From contig OZ360222.1 in the NCBI GenBank assembly GCA_977017645.1, positions 93,558,001-93,622,000 on the forward strand: a stretch of 64,000 nucleotides of DNA, read 5' to 3'. This DNA comes from Torpedo marmorata. Lineage: Eukaryota. Within the stretch, counting starts at the first letter, position 1, and each line of letters begins with the position of its first letter. Both the position numbers and the translations under genes were made by a program. Under the pieces are notes generated by a model. That model was given only the letters and a program-made list of their open reading frames with translations. It did no database searches and was not told the origin of the DNA. Positions 36,675 through 49,556 of the stretch are shown here, piece by piece.

Positions 36675-37614
36675 CTTGAGGGAAAGGTGAAGCAAGTTAC
36701 GACTTTATTCCCTGGAGGGTAGAAGAATGAGGGGAGATTTGATGGAGGAATAAAAAATTATGATGGGTATAGATAGAGTAAATGTAGGTAGGCTTTTTGC
36801 ACTGAGGGTAGGTGAGATACAAACCAGAGGACATGGGTTAAGGGTGAAATAGGAAAAGTTTAGGGGGAACATTAAGGGGAACCTCTTCACAAAGAGTGTG
36901 ATGGGAGTGTGGAACGAGCTGCCAGCTGTAGTGGTGAATGCGGGCTCAATTTTAACATTCAAGGAAAATTTCTACAGGTATTTGGATGGGAGGGGTATGG
37001 AGGGCTATGAGCTGGGTACAGGTCAGTGGGACTAGGCAGAATAATAGTTCAGCACAGACTAGAAGAGCCGAAGGGCCTGTTTTCTGTGCAGTAACATTCT
37101 ATGTTTCTAAGTAATGTTAGAACCCTCTACATCTGCTTTGATTTAGTGTGCATGCTGGTCAGCTTCGCTGCACTGGAATCCAAAAACATTTTTGCTTAGT
37201 GCTACTAAAATGGGATTGCATGATTAATAGAAATTCAAAAAACATACTGGAAATCCTTTAATCATCGAAAATCTTTCAAGCAGAGTTTAATACAATTTCT
37301 CCCAATGGTGACTAATTTGCATGCACTTTCCAAAGGATAAACAGAAATTATCTTACAGAGAACTTACCAGCTTTTAGTTTTAAAAACACCTTGAGGGTTA
37401 TTTTGGAAGCTTGCATTAAGGCTGCACTAATGAGACATGACTATTTGAAACTAGTTTCAGCGTGCAATTTTTAGACTAAATACTGATTACTAAGAATTAA
37501 GTGTGCCTGGAGGTGCTAAAACAAATACTTACATTTTAAATATTCAAACATTGATTAGAAACAATTTTCCTGGAATGTAACATGGACTCCCACTCATGCA
37601 CTCCAGTGGCTGAT

Positions 37615-40600
37615 ACAGAATCATAGCATGGAAACAGGATCCTTGGCTCAACTTGTCCATGCCAACCAAGCTCGTCCCATTTGCCTGTGTTTGGCCCCCA
37701 TCTTTCCTAACCTTTGCAATCCACATATCTGTCTAAATATCTTTTAAATATTACAGTTGTACTTGCCTCTACCACTTCCTCTGTCACCTCATTCCAAGAA
37801 CCCACCAGTACTTTTAGTTTAAGATTATAGCGTTAAATAGTGTGTTTTAATTTAATTTAATTCAAAAAAACGTTTTGGAACATGGTTACCCGACATAACT
37901 ACAATCTTCAGTTTTTAAAAATACTCAGAAACTCCTCGGCTCACCTCCCGGAAGATCTGCGGTCAAGCTAAGCGACCACGGGCTGCTGCGGGGATTAGGC
38001 TTTAAAGCCTCGGGATCGCGGAGAAGACAAAAGCGGTGCACGAGGTGGAGGAAGCATGGTAAGCGAGCAGGGGTGCATGCTGGACTGAGAGCGAACCCCT
38101 GCCACCCGGCTCTCCCGTCCATCCTGTTCGCCAACCACTGTTCGCTGGAGAATAAAATGGACCACATCCGACTCCAGAGGTCTGCGCAGCGTGAGTACAG
38201 GGACGGCTGTGTGTTGGTCTTTGTTGAAACGTGGCTCAGCGACAGGGTCCCGGACGCCGCCATTCAGTTAGATGGACTCGCTTTATTTCGGGCTGACAGA
38301 GATGCTGCTCTCTGTGGAAAGGTCCGTGGCGGTGGCTTGTGTGTTTACATCAACACAGAATGGTGTAAGGACTCTGTACTAGCCTCCAGTCAACGCTCAG
38401 CACTGGTGGAATTTGTGACTGTCAGATGTAGACCATTTTACCTACCGTGGGAATTTACCACGGTCCTCATAGTTGGAGTGTACATCCCCCCCAGCGCTAA
38501 TGCCAAGGAGGCGATCTGGGAACTGTGTGGGGCTATAGGCAAACTGCAGACCGCACACCCTGATGGACTGCTGATTATCGCTGGCAACTTCAACCAGGCG
38601 AACCTCAAGTCAGGGCAACCTAAATTCCATCAATATGTGGACTTTGCTATGAGAGGGGCGAACGCGTTGGATCTTGTGTTCACGAACATTTCCGGCGCGT
38701 ATCAGGCGGAGCCCTGCCCCCACCTCGGATACTCAGACCATATCTCTGTAATGCTAACCCCAGCATACAGACCGCTCGCCAGACGCTCCAGACCAGTTCG
38801 GAAGCAGGTTAAAACCTGGCCAGCAGGCGCCATCCATCCACTTCAGGACTGCTTAGAGTGTACTGATTGGCACATGTTCAGGGAAGCAGCAACCGATGGC
38901 GACTGCATCAATCTGGAGGAGTATACGGCATCAGTAACTAGCTACATTAGTAAATGTACTGACGAAGTCACTGTGCCCAAGATCATCATTACTCGCTCTA
39001 ATCAGAAGCCATGGATGACTGCGGAGGTGTGTGTGCTGCTGAGGAGCCGAAACTCTGCCTTCAGTGCGGGCGACAAGGTAACCCTAGCTATTGCAAGAGC
39101 CAAGCTGTCTAAGGCCATCGGGGAGGCAAAGCGTGCACATGCCCAGCGAATTCAGAGTCACTTTCAGGACAGCAAGAACACGTGATGCATGTGGAAGGGC
39201 ATTCAAGATATCACTAACCACAAGACTACACCATCTGACTGTGCTGGTGATGCCTCCCTCCCAGATGCACTGAACAACTTCTACACGCGTTTTGAGGCGA
39301 AAAATGATGTAGTGGCAAAGAAGACAACCCCTCCTCCAAATGATCAGGTGCTGTGTTTCACAGTGGACGACGTGAGGAGAGTGTTAAGCAAGGTTAACCC
39401 ACGGAAAGCTGCTGGGCCAGATAACATTCCCGGCAGAGTGCTCAGGGGATGTGCGGCCCAGCTGGCTGATGTTCTCACTGACATCTTTAACATCTCCCTG
39501 AGCAGTGCCGTGGTTCCAACGTGCTTCAAAGCCGCTACCATCATCCCCGTGCCAAAGAAGTCGACTGTGTCCTGCCTCAATGACTACCGCCCTGTCGCAC
39601 TCACATCTACCGTCATGAAGTGCTTCGAGAGGCTCGTCATGAGGCACATCAAGCTTCTGCTGCCCCCCTCACTGGACCCCCTGCAGTTCGCATATAGATC
39701 AAACCGCTCCACAGATGATGCCATCATTACCACCCTCCAGCTAGCCCTCACCCACCTGGAAAATAAGGACGCGTACGTTCGAATGCTGTTTATTGACTTC
39801 AGCTCGGCATTCAACATGATCATACCTGATAGAGAAGTTGAGCGGGCCAGGCCTAAACTACACCCTCTGTAATTGGATCCTAGACTTCCTGACAGGAAGA
39901 CCTCAGGCAGTCCACATTGGAAACAGCACTTCTAAGGTCATTACATTGAGCACGGGGGCTCCCCAGGGCTGTGTGCTTAGTCCATTGCTGTTTACACTGC
40001 TGACTCATGACTGTGCAGCAAAACATAGCTCGAATCACATCATGAAGTTCGCTGATGATACAACCGTAGTGGGCCTTATCAGTAAGAATGATGAGTCAGC
40101 ATACAGAGATGAGGTGCAGTCGCTAATGGAATGGTGCGGAGCCAACAACCTGCATCTGAATGTAAACAAAACAAAAGAGTTGGTTGTCGACTTCAGAAGG
40201 GCCCGGGGGGGATCATTCTCCATTGACCATGGACGGCTCTATGATTGAGGTCGTAAAGAGTACCAAGTTTCTTGGAGTGCACTTGGCGGAGAGTCTCAGC
40301 TGGTCCTTCAACACCAGTTCCATAGTCAAGAAAGCCCAGCAGCGTCTTTACTTCCTGCAAAGGCTGAGGAAAGTTCATCTCCCACCCCCTATCCTTACTA
40401 CATTCTACAGGGGATGTATTGAGAGTATTCTGAGCAATTGCATCACCGCTTGGTTTGGTAACTGTACCATCTCGGACCTAAAGACCCTGCAGAGGATAGT
40501 GGGGTCAGCGGAGAAAATTATTGGAGTCTCTCTCCCCACCATGACGGACATCTACAACACACGATGCATGAGGAAGGCTAAAAACATTGTGAAGGAATTC

Positions 40601-41350
40601 TCACACCCCTTTGGTAAACTGTTTTCCCTTTTGCCATCTGGAAGGAGGTACCGAAGCACTCGGGCTCGTACGTCCAGACTGTGCAACAGTTTTTTCCCCC
40701 AAGCCATCAGGCTCCTCAATTCCTAGATGTATATGTGTATTAGCATGTTATAGTTTTTCTATTGTATTATGATATTTATGTACATCTGCCCATGGTCCTG
40801 GAGAAACGCTATCTCGTCTTACTGTGTATATGGTAATGAACGACAAATAAAGATGACTTGACTTGACCCTCCATGTGAAAAAGGTGTCCCTCAGGTTCAC
40901 TTTTAAATCAGTCCCCTCTCAACTTAAATCTATGACCTCTAGATTTAGATTCTCCTACCCTGCAACAAAGACAGTGACTACTGATCTTAATTATGCCTCT
41001 CATGATTTTATAAACTTCTAAAAGGTTACCCTCAGCCTCCTTCGCTCTGGGGAGAAATGTCCCAGCTTGACCAGCCTCTCCTTATAATTCAAACCTGCTA
41101 GTTTCAGTAACATTCTATTAAATCTTTTCTGTCCCTTTTCCAGCTTCATGATGTCCTTTTTACACTGGGTGACAAGAACTGCGCACAATATTACAAGTGT
41201 GGTCTCACCAACATTTTTTTTTCCAGTTATAACATGACATTCCTGATGAAAGCAATGCCAAATATTGAAGGCATGAAGGAATAGTAAGCCAAATGACTTC
41301 TTAAAGAAGAAGGCAAGCTTGCCAAAATACCTTCTTCACCACCCATATAA
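37615..41350 (-). mobile_element. CR1 3' fragment (37615-37807 and 40867-41350) split by the near-full-length Rex1 copy
   Basis: The CR1 3' sequence resumes in register after the Rex tail (cccacca|ccctccatgtgaaaaa). Confidence 0.7.
37808..40866 (+). mobile_element. Near-full-length Rex1/Babar LINE (APE endonuclease + RT), with stops and frameshifts
   Basis: ORFs 38073..39185 ([22 protein letters not shown]), 39189..39872, 39838..40248 (FADD) and 40184..40726. Probable start ATG at 37882. (GACTT)n tail. Confidence 0.95.
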
Positions 41351-41599
41351 TGTAATGTTTCAGGAACCAAGCCAGAGCAAGGATGTAAAGTGGAGTGTGA
41401 GGAAATGGATCTGGTGAAGGAAATCTATAGGTCAAGGGATGATCTACGCCTGCAGATGGGAACGGATTTAATAGAATTATTGTAACAAATTCAAGACACA
41501 GTTAGATTGGAGTCACAGATTTGAGTCACAGCTGGAGAACTACCCCAAGAATGTTGCTTCCATGCTGGAGTTAATTTAATAATTTGACAAAAGCCCCAA

Positions 41600-42260
41600 G
41601 GTTATATTTTAATTCATTTTCCAAGATCAAGCACAATTGCCAAGACCAAAACATTGCCCATTCCTTCTTGCCTTCTTGAAACACTCAGTTCTTATCGTGG
41701 CACTTCCATTGTGTAAGGGCTGTCCAGGATGTAAATACCCCAATGATGATGGCCAGTTCTAGGTTTCTAATTCTGGAGGGTATGTAACAGGGAAGGGAAT
41801 ATGAAGAAGCAGTGTTCCATGGATTTGCTGTCCTCATCTTTCTTTGTGGTAAATGTTGCAGGTACATTTTGCAGATGCTACACCTATAACTGTGCACACA
41901 ATGGATGGATCAAATGTTTTGTGTGGTTGATGGAGTGCCAACCAAGTGGGCTATTTTGTCCTGGTTGATGTTGTGCTACTTGAGAGCTTTTGGAGCTGAA
42001 CTCATCCAGGTGAGTGAAGCATAATCCAGCATGCCCCTGATTTGCACCTTTCAGATATTGGAAAGGTTTTGGAGTATTACAATTGGAAACCCAGCTTCTG
42101 ATCTTCTTTTGTATGCATGGTATGTGTGATTGGTGTGGATTTGACAATAGTAATGCCATTAAAACATCTGGGGTAGATAGATTCCCTCTTGTTGGACATG
42201 GTCTTTACCTGGCATTTAGATGCCAGAAATATTACTTGCGACTGAGAAATCCATGCCAAA
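41600..42260 (-). mobile_element. Old L2/CR1-group LINE 3' fragment
   Basis: Decayed ORF2 C-terminal motifs on the reverse strand (ORFs 41884..42159 and 42077..42259). Confidence 0.5.
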
Positions 42261-43053
42261 TATTGACTAGGCGTCTTCTGCCACGGACTACTTCATTGGA
42301 GGGGCCCATCTCACAAATGCACTCTTCAATAATTTGTATCAGAATCAGAATCCTAATTACTAAATTAAATTCTTATGCAAGGATTTCACCTGAACATTCA
42401 CTTGGGTTTCTCTCTTCACATGCTGCCTTGATTGTCAACACTTTTACCAATTTCTGCTTTTATTTCACAGTCATTGAATCAGACAGCATGGAAACAGGTC
42501 ATTCGGCCCACCACATCCATGTCACCATCGAGTCCTGATCAAAACTAATCTCAATTTTCAGCATTCATCCCCTGGTCTTCTATGCCTTGGTGTTTCAGGT
42601 GCTCAAGTGAATCATTTTTAAATGTTGGGAGTGCCCAGGAAGAGTAAGGTGATCTATCTCAATGACTGTCAGCTACCGTAATGAAGTGCTTTGAGAGGTT
42701 GGTTATAGAGTAGATTAATTCCTGTCTCATGAAGGAGCTGTGCCCACTTAAATTTGCCTGTTGTCACAATAGGTCAACGGCAGACTTTTTCTCACTGGCT
42801 CTCCACTCTGTGTTAGATCACCTCGACCACAAGAAACCCTGCATTAGGCTGTTGTTCATGGAGTACAGCTCAGCGTTCAACATCATCATATCAGCCAAGT
42901 TTATGCCAAACTGAGGGATGCGTTTATAGTAAATAGTCAAAGGCTGTTCGTCCCTTTGCAAGTGGATCCTTGATTTTCTCATCGGCAGACCCTAATCAGT
43001 GTGATTTGCTAACATCACCTCCTCCTCATTGATCATCAACACAGAGACAACCC

Positions 43054-44327
43054 GAAAGGGAAGAATTCTCCTATTTTTAAACATTTATTAGAAATATGGA
43101 ATAGAGGGGATAGGAGGGAAAGGGTCGATTTCTCCAAAAATGCCTTTATATCAAAATAAACTTATTCCATTTACTGTTGATAAACAATTATTTAAAATTT
43201 GGTTCCAAAAGGGAATTAAGAAAATAAATGATTGTTTTGAAACTGGTAAATTTATTACTTTTCAAAGAATGAAAGATAAGTTTAATGTATTATCAAATAT
43301 ATTGCTTATTATCAAATTAGAGCATTTCTAGTTGGGAAGTTAGGTTATAGTTTGACTCTACCAAGACAGAGTGAATTAGAATTATTAGTTACTAATGGAG
43401 GTGTAAATAAATTTATTTCTCAAATGTATAGATTGTTTCAGAGAAAAATCCCTAAAGTAGGAATTCATAAATCAAGATTAAAATGGGAATCAGATTTGAA
43501 TGTAACAATAGATGAAGAACATTGGAAAGAATTATGTAAACTAAGTATGACGAAGATTATTAATGTTAGATATAGATTAGTTCAATTTAATTTTTTTCAT
43601 CAATTATATTTAACGCCTAAAAAATTAAAGACATTTAATTCGACATTATCAGGCTTATGTTTTAGATGTAACAAAGAGGAAGGTTCTTTTGTACATTTTA
43701 CATGGTTTTGTCCAAAGATTTATGATTTTTGGTTGAAAGTTAAAACATTTTTAGATAAAGTATTGAGTATTATACTTCCAATGGACCCTATGATATTTTT
43801 GTTTGGAGATATTAAAAGAATTAGTATTAAGATGAAATTAAATATGTATCAAATAGAATTTTTGCGAATTGCTTTAGCTGTTTCTAAGAAATGTATTGCT
43901 ATTACATGGAAATCTGATGTAGATTTAGGGTTAGAGAGATGGCATGCAGAACTTCGTTCATGTATACCACTTGGAAAAAATTACTTATAATTTACGTAAT
44001 AAATATCATTTCTTTTTGAAAATATGGAGCCCATATATGAAGGCCGTTGGTTTAAGGATTTGAAGATCTCTGGACATCGGATCTGACTGGCGAACCTATC
44101 CTCCACAATAAAATTAGTTTATAGATGTGTTTTCAAGATTGACATTCTCCTTATTCTATTTTTTTCTTTCTTTTTTATTTTTATTTTAGTAGATTAGTAG
44201 GGATGGGAGGGTTAGGGAGGGGAGGGAGGGGGGGGGTGAAAATGTATCACAAGTATTTTGATAATTTCATATTTTACCTTTTGCATTTTGTGATTTAAAA
44301 TTTTAAATAAAATATTTAAAAAACAAA
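43054..44327 (+). mobile_element. L1/Tx1-clade LINE 3' portion
   Basis: ORF 43352..43990 KWESDL..CFRCNKEEGSFVHFTWFCPKI (zf-RVT-like CCHC). G-rich 3' UTR and A-rich tail. 16-bp TSD AACACAG(A/G)GACAACCC at 43038-43053 and 44328-44343. Confidence 0.9.
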
Positions 44328-44754
44328 AACACAGGGACAACCCAGGCTGTTTGCTTCATCCCTGCTCAATTCTCATAACACTCATGACTGGGCAGCCAAA
44401 TTTAGCTCCAACACAATCACTGACGATACTATCGTTGTTCGCCAAATAAGTGGAAGTGAGGAGTCAGAATACAGGATCGAGAATCTAGTTGAGGGGTGCC
44501 AGAACAACAATTCTGTTCTCATCGTCATCAAGGACAAGGAGCTTACTGTTTATTTTGGGAAGGGGAGGCCGAGTCACCATGCACCTGTCTTCATTGATGG
44601 GACGGAGGTGGAGACGGTTAGTTCCTTCAATTTCCTGGGAGTCTATATGTCAGAAGACCTTTCCTGGAGCCAGCACCTTGAGGCAACTGTGAAGAAGGCA
44701 CATCAACACCCACAGTATCTCAGAAGTCTGAGGAGATTTGGCATTTGTCAAATA

Positions 44755-45219
44755 CAGATGATCCCTACTTACGACCTATGCGACTTACGACCACCCGTAC
44801 ATACAGTACGACTGAAAAAAGTACTGTATAATTATTAAAAAATAAAGAAAAAATATATGTAAATATAAAAATTACACATCAGGTCCCGGGGATCCAGGGG
44901 CTGTTTATTTTGACGGACCAACATGGTGGCGGCCACGGGCCAGGAGGGTGCCGAGACGCCGCTGCTGCCGAATGTGTTCTATTTTTGGGACACGAAGGCG
45001 GTGGCGGACCCAGTGTTCGAGGTGGTGAGCGCAGGCCAAGTGCCGGTGGTGGTGGACAACGGGTCTTTCCAGTGCCGGGCGGGCTGGGCCGTGGACGAAG
45101 TGCCATGGCTCCAGTTTCAGAACGTGTAGGCCCAGAGTAACATACGTCCGACTTACGTCTATTTCGAGATCCGCCCGGTCGGTCAGAACGGAACTCGGAT
45201 GTATGTCGGGGACCATCTG
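44755..45219. mobile_element. Tigger/pogo-type MITE carrying a captured host-gene fragment
   Basis: TIRs CAGATGATCCCTACTTAC / GTATGTCGGGGACCATCTG. TA at 44753-44754 and 45220-45221. Interrupts the old Rex element. Confidence 0.88.
44923..45129 (+). pseudogene. ACTR5: Captured N-terminal fragment of actin-related protein 5 (ARP5, INO80 subunit)
   Basis: NVFYFWDTKAVADPVFE...VPVVVDNGSFQCRAGWA...PWLQFQNV matches the vertebrate ACTR5 N-terminus as recalled (NVFPFRDARAAPDPVLE...VPLVLDNGSFQVRAGWA...PRLQFRAV). DNGS is the actin-fold phosphate loop. Ends at TAG. Confidence 0.8.
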
Positions 45220-45733
45220 TATTCTATAATATTTCCACAGGTACCAAGTGGAAATAGTACAGTACTGACAAGTTGCATTACAGCCAAACCAGTAATGGAG
45301 AAGGCCCCAGAAGGTAACAAACATAGCCAGGTTCTGAACACACGCTTCGATCTTCCATGCATTGAAGACATGTATGTGTGGCACTGCCTCAAGAAGGCAG
45401 ACAACATCGCAAAGGACCCCCATCGCTCTTGTTGCAACCTCTTCTCACTGTTACCATGGGTTGGAACATACACATGTCTGAAGACCAGCATGTCTTGGTT
45501 TTCAAGACCAGTTTCTTTCCAACAACCATCAGACTCTTTCGCCTCCCCTTGTTACACTAATCATAGACTGTTCCAACAACACAAAAACAACCGTCTGCAT
45601 GATTATAACACCACTTTTTTTTTCTTGTACTATGATAACCATGAATAATTTTATCTATCATTTGTTTTCATTATCTCTTTTTAATCTAATTTATTGTAAT
45701 CCTATTTTAGCTGTTTTTTTTTACTCTATTTAC

Positions 45734-45915
45734 TTCGAGTCCCGTGCTGTCTGTAAGGAGTTTGTACGTTCTCTCTGTGTCTGCGTGGGTTTTCCCCGGG
45801 GCTCTGGTTTCCTCCCACCGTTTGAAACATACCGGGGGTGTAGGTTAATTGGGTGTAAATTGGGCGGCATTAACACATGGGCCGAAATGGCCTGTTACCG
45901 TGCTGCATGTCTACA
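45734..45915 (+). mobile_element. V-SINE (HE1-like), 5'-truncated
   Basis: V-domain ggagtttgtacgttctctctgtgtctgcgtgggttttcccc..ggtttcctcccac plus CR1-type tail gggccgaaatggcctgttaccgtgctg. Confidence 0.85.
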
Positions 45916-46019
45916 ATTATTATTTTTTATGAAGTACCTGTTCGGCTGCAGCAAGTAAGAAGTTGGTACACATGAACATTGCACAATGTATTTGAAATAA
46001 ACTCATTATCTTTGTTCTT

Positions 46020-46270
46020 AGTACCTGTCTCCACCACTCTCAAAGACAGATCATTCCAAATTCCAAACACACTCTGGGTGAAAATATTCTACCTTAGATC
46101 GCCTCTAAACTTCCAACCTTTTCTATAAACGCATCCCTCTGGTTATAGTCACCTTTGCCATAAGGAAACATTTCCTGCTATTTATCTTGCTCTTATAATC
46201 TGGTCTATGTCAATTAGACCCTTTCTCTGGCTTCTCCACTCAGGGAAAACAAACCCAATCTATTCATACT
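46020..46270 (-). mobile_element. CR1 3' fragment, degenerate
   Basis: Motifs cattccaaattccaaacacactctgggtgaaaa and cagggaaaacaaaccca. Confidence 0.55.
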
Positions 46271-47344
46271 TCAAATATCCTCAGTTTCTCTGCATTTTGT
46301 TTTACAATATAATTGTCAAATAAATTTGCACAAATATTTATGATCCCATACTACAGCACCCTACATGGTTGCTAATCACACTGTGGCCACATCTCAACTA
46401 TTCACATGTACTTTGGATATAGATGATTTGCATTCTTCTCGGAATGAGAATCCTGATTTAATGGAGCAGTGTTGGAGAAGATTTCATGGTCTCACAAAAT
46501 GTCACGGTGAGATTAAAAGACACTTACACACTATTTTATCCAAGGACACACAAACACTAAGTTAGAAGCTTATTTGCATATAAACTATTACTTCAAACTA
46601 TCATACATCCTGATTCTTTCCCATACTATCACCCACCTTTGCCCCTGCATTAACCTTCAAATCTTTCCACTCCCACACTCAACCTGTGATAAAGGTCAAA
46701 CTTCAAAAGCTAAGATAATGAAAAATAAATATTACTCAAAGTCATTCATTTATTTTGGGTAAAATGGTAAAGAACAAGAGGAACTAAGACAGGCAGGAGG
46801 TCCCCACGAACACCGTCGCTCTCCACATTAGGAGTGACTATCCTTCTCCTAACAATGTTAGATGTTAAAAATTATGCTCACTAATCATGTTTAAGTGAAT
46901 TCTTTGATTTGGTCAACAATGGACATGTTCATTATCATGTGTGCTACCTCTTCATCATTAAGGTTTATTGCCCAAACTATGTCTTGACTTTGCATAGTAC
47001 CAGAAGAAACCCCCAAACCACCCTTTCCAGCCAGCCACCATTTGGAGGAGGAGGGTGACTAAATTGTGTAATGGTGCCTGAAACCTGCAGGACTGGGTTT
47101 GCAAGTAATGAGCACATTAGATTAGATGGAGTTGTGTCACAAGTGAGCTGCAGTCAGGCAAAATGTACAGGGCATCAGTTGCAAGGCTCACTAATGAAAA
47201 AGTTGGAACTTCCATACTGCCCCAGGGGACTCTAATAAGGGTGACAAGTGGGGTGTTTTAATGAAAAGGCTGATGCATAACAAGATAGTTGTCAGACCTA
47301 GAAAGCTGAATACAAGAGTTGAAAGAAGAACCGTGGAACCCATG

Positions 47345-47575
47345 AGCTGTTGGAGGAACTCAGTGGGTCAGGCAGAATTCATGGATAGAAATCAACACTT
47401 TGGGTCAGGATGCTTTATCAAGACTGAAGTAAAAAAAGCAGGGTGATATTCCATATATGAGGAGGGAAAGTTCTGACCCAAATAATCATTTCTACACATA
47501 GATGCTGCCTTACTTGCCGAGTTCCTCCGCAGCTCATTATTTGCTCAAGATTCCAGCATTTGCAGTTTTAGTGTT
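47345..47575. mobile_element. Pair of Penelope terminal fragments in inverted orientation
   Basis: gctgttggaggaactcagtgggtcaggcag is mirrored by ctgccttacttgccgagttcctccgcagc. Confidence 0.6.
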
Positions 47576-47944
47576 TCTCATGGTGAAATCCAGCTCTTGT
47601 AGAAACCCGTGCAGAACCAAGAGACTATGCACTCTATGCTGCAAACAGTATTGTGACATTTCCTTCTCACAATGTCGGCTAGAACAGGTGCGAGTTGCAA
47701 TGAATTCACAGATGGAAACCCACAAATACACACCAAGCCAGAGGTCTGGTCTTTGCCACAGAAATGTAGCCATGCAAGAGCAGGTCAACACTCAAAAGTA
47801 ACAGTGATTTGTTACAAGGGAGCAACTGAATGTTGAGAGCAAGATGTCATTCTTAAGCAGACCACTACTGCCAAGACACAGTCTAATACATTTTGTGAGG
47901 AATTCATGGTCTTCATCAAGAATCAGATGTTAAATTTCAGCAGA

Positions 47945-48535
47945 TCGCTCAAATGCACCTTCTTTAGCACCCTATCAACTTGTGCAGCCACCTTGAGGGA
48001 TCTATGGACCTGGACCCCAAGATTCCTCTGTTCCTCCACACTGTTAAGACCCCTGCCATTAATCACACACCCCACCTCACGTTTGTCCTTCCAAAGTGCA
48101 TCACCTCACACTTATCCGATTGAACTCCATCTGCCACTTCTCCGTTCAACTCTGCTTCCTGTCTATATCCTGTTGTAACCTATGGCAACCTATTACACTA
48201 TATACAGCACCTGCAACCTTCATATAATCTGAAAACTAATTGATTCGCCCCTACACTTTCTCATCCAATTCATTTATAAAAATTACAAAGAGCAGCGAGT
48301 CGCAGAACAGATACCTGCAGAACACCATTAGTGACCAACCTCCTGGGAGACTATGTTCCATATACTACCACAATCTGCTTTTTGTAGGTCAGCCAATTCT
48401 GAATCCAAACAGCCATATTTCCATCGATCCAATGCCTCATGACTTTCTGAATGAGCCTACCATGAGGGACCTTGTCAAATGCCTTATTAAATATCATATA
48501 CACCACATCCATTGTCTCACCTTTATCAATGTCAA
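47945..48535 (-). mobile_element. CR1 RT fragments
   Basis: ORF 48351..48605 DVVYMIFNKAFDKVPHGRL..WIQNWL. Reverse-strand QMEFN..KCEVMHFG and RDLGVQVH. Confidence 0.85.
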
Positions 48536-49556
48536 GCAACTCAAAATAAAAAGAAAAACTGTAAATCTTGGATATAAGAAATAAAAACAAAAATGGTGAC
48601 CCCATTCAGCAGGTCAGGTAGCATTTTCAGAAAGGGAAACAAAGCCATTGCTTCGGGTCAATGATCCTTCATCAGATGCTGAGCTTAGTGACCTGTAATT
48701 TCCCACTTTTTATTTACTTCTCTTTTGAAAAAGGGAATTATGTTTGTTGTTTTCTAATCGAGAAGAATTTCCTGCAGTTTTAGCCAATTTTGTTTCACTA
48801 ACATCAGTGCAACATGCCAATAGTGACTTCTTTGAGACCCCCGGATGAAGACAGAAGTCCAATTTACAAGGATTATTAAGATCTTGAAAGCATATGATTC
48901 GCCGAAATAATCAAAAACATCAGAAAAATTGGCCCAGATTTTGTAAGTGTAGATATGTGAAAATAGAAGCCCACAACTTGCTCTCAGCTGTTGGCCAAAG
49001 CTTCCTGACTGTGCCTCCTTGTTGGGCTCTTCATGAATGGCATTATTACCCAACACTCAAACTAGAGAATCTGCCTAAAGTACCCATGTACTTTAGATCT
49101 GGTGCCATGTCCTACACACTGTTCAAAATTAGTAGGTCAACTCTCCCCATGTTCTTACCAGTTTATTTTATACATTTCCAAAATATTTTTATGGTTCAAT
49201 TGATTTTTAATTTTATATTAACATTTTTGATTGTTTATGATTGTTGGTTGAAAGCCAGGCAAATAAAGAGGTGTTGTTTTACTGGATGTCCACATTTATT
49301 TTGTTCATTTTTTGTTTATAATGCTTTGTTACTTTCCTCCAACAAGACTTTATGTATCTAAAGACACGTTATGATTGGGCTGCGTTTGACAAATTGTTTC
49401 TGCTGGATCATCTACATAAAGTACGATAGACATTATTTGGGTCACCTGCAAATCTGGGCAGCTCACCACTGTTAGGTGGGGCATTAAATATTGCAAAGCA
49501 TGACCTGTACAAAGATTCTGATAAACCTGTAAATTAACAATCATTTGAGACAATTT

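Larger units (their letters stand above)
32735..37110 (+). mobile_element. CR1 LINE with ORF1 (Cys motif, coiled coil, SGNH esterase) and internally deleted ORF2, interrupted by Rex1 and hAT insertions
   Basis: ORF 32949..33377 has CSSCRMW..CEKCIQLQLL..ELELELDEL. Esterase motifs VIGDS, VGTNEVG and DG.HLN. Endonuclease motifs CIYFNARSI and AGDFNF. RT end [26 protein letters not shown]1 3' tail near 37070-37110. Confidence 0.9.
42630..46005 (+). mobile_element. Old Rex1/Babar LINE hosting nested L1, MITE and SINE insertions
   Basis: MKCFERLV and IRLLFMEYSSAFNII (42680-42900), FNFLGVYMSEDLSWS..KKAHQ (44608) and IAKDPH..LFSLLP (45400). The reading continues across the inserts. Confidence 0.8.

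Noticed and set aside
44923-45129. Functional ACTR5 gene at this locus
   Set aside because: It ends in a stop with no splice donor in the expected place, has no downstream exons in the window and is enclosed by TIRs inside a LINE.
48894-49361. 155-aa ORF
   Set aside because: Low-complexity AT-rich composition with no domain; probably chance.
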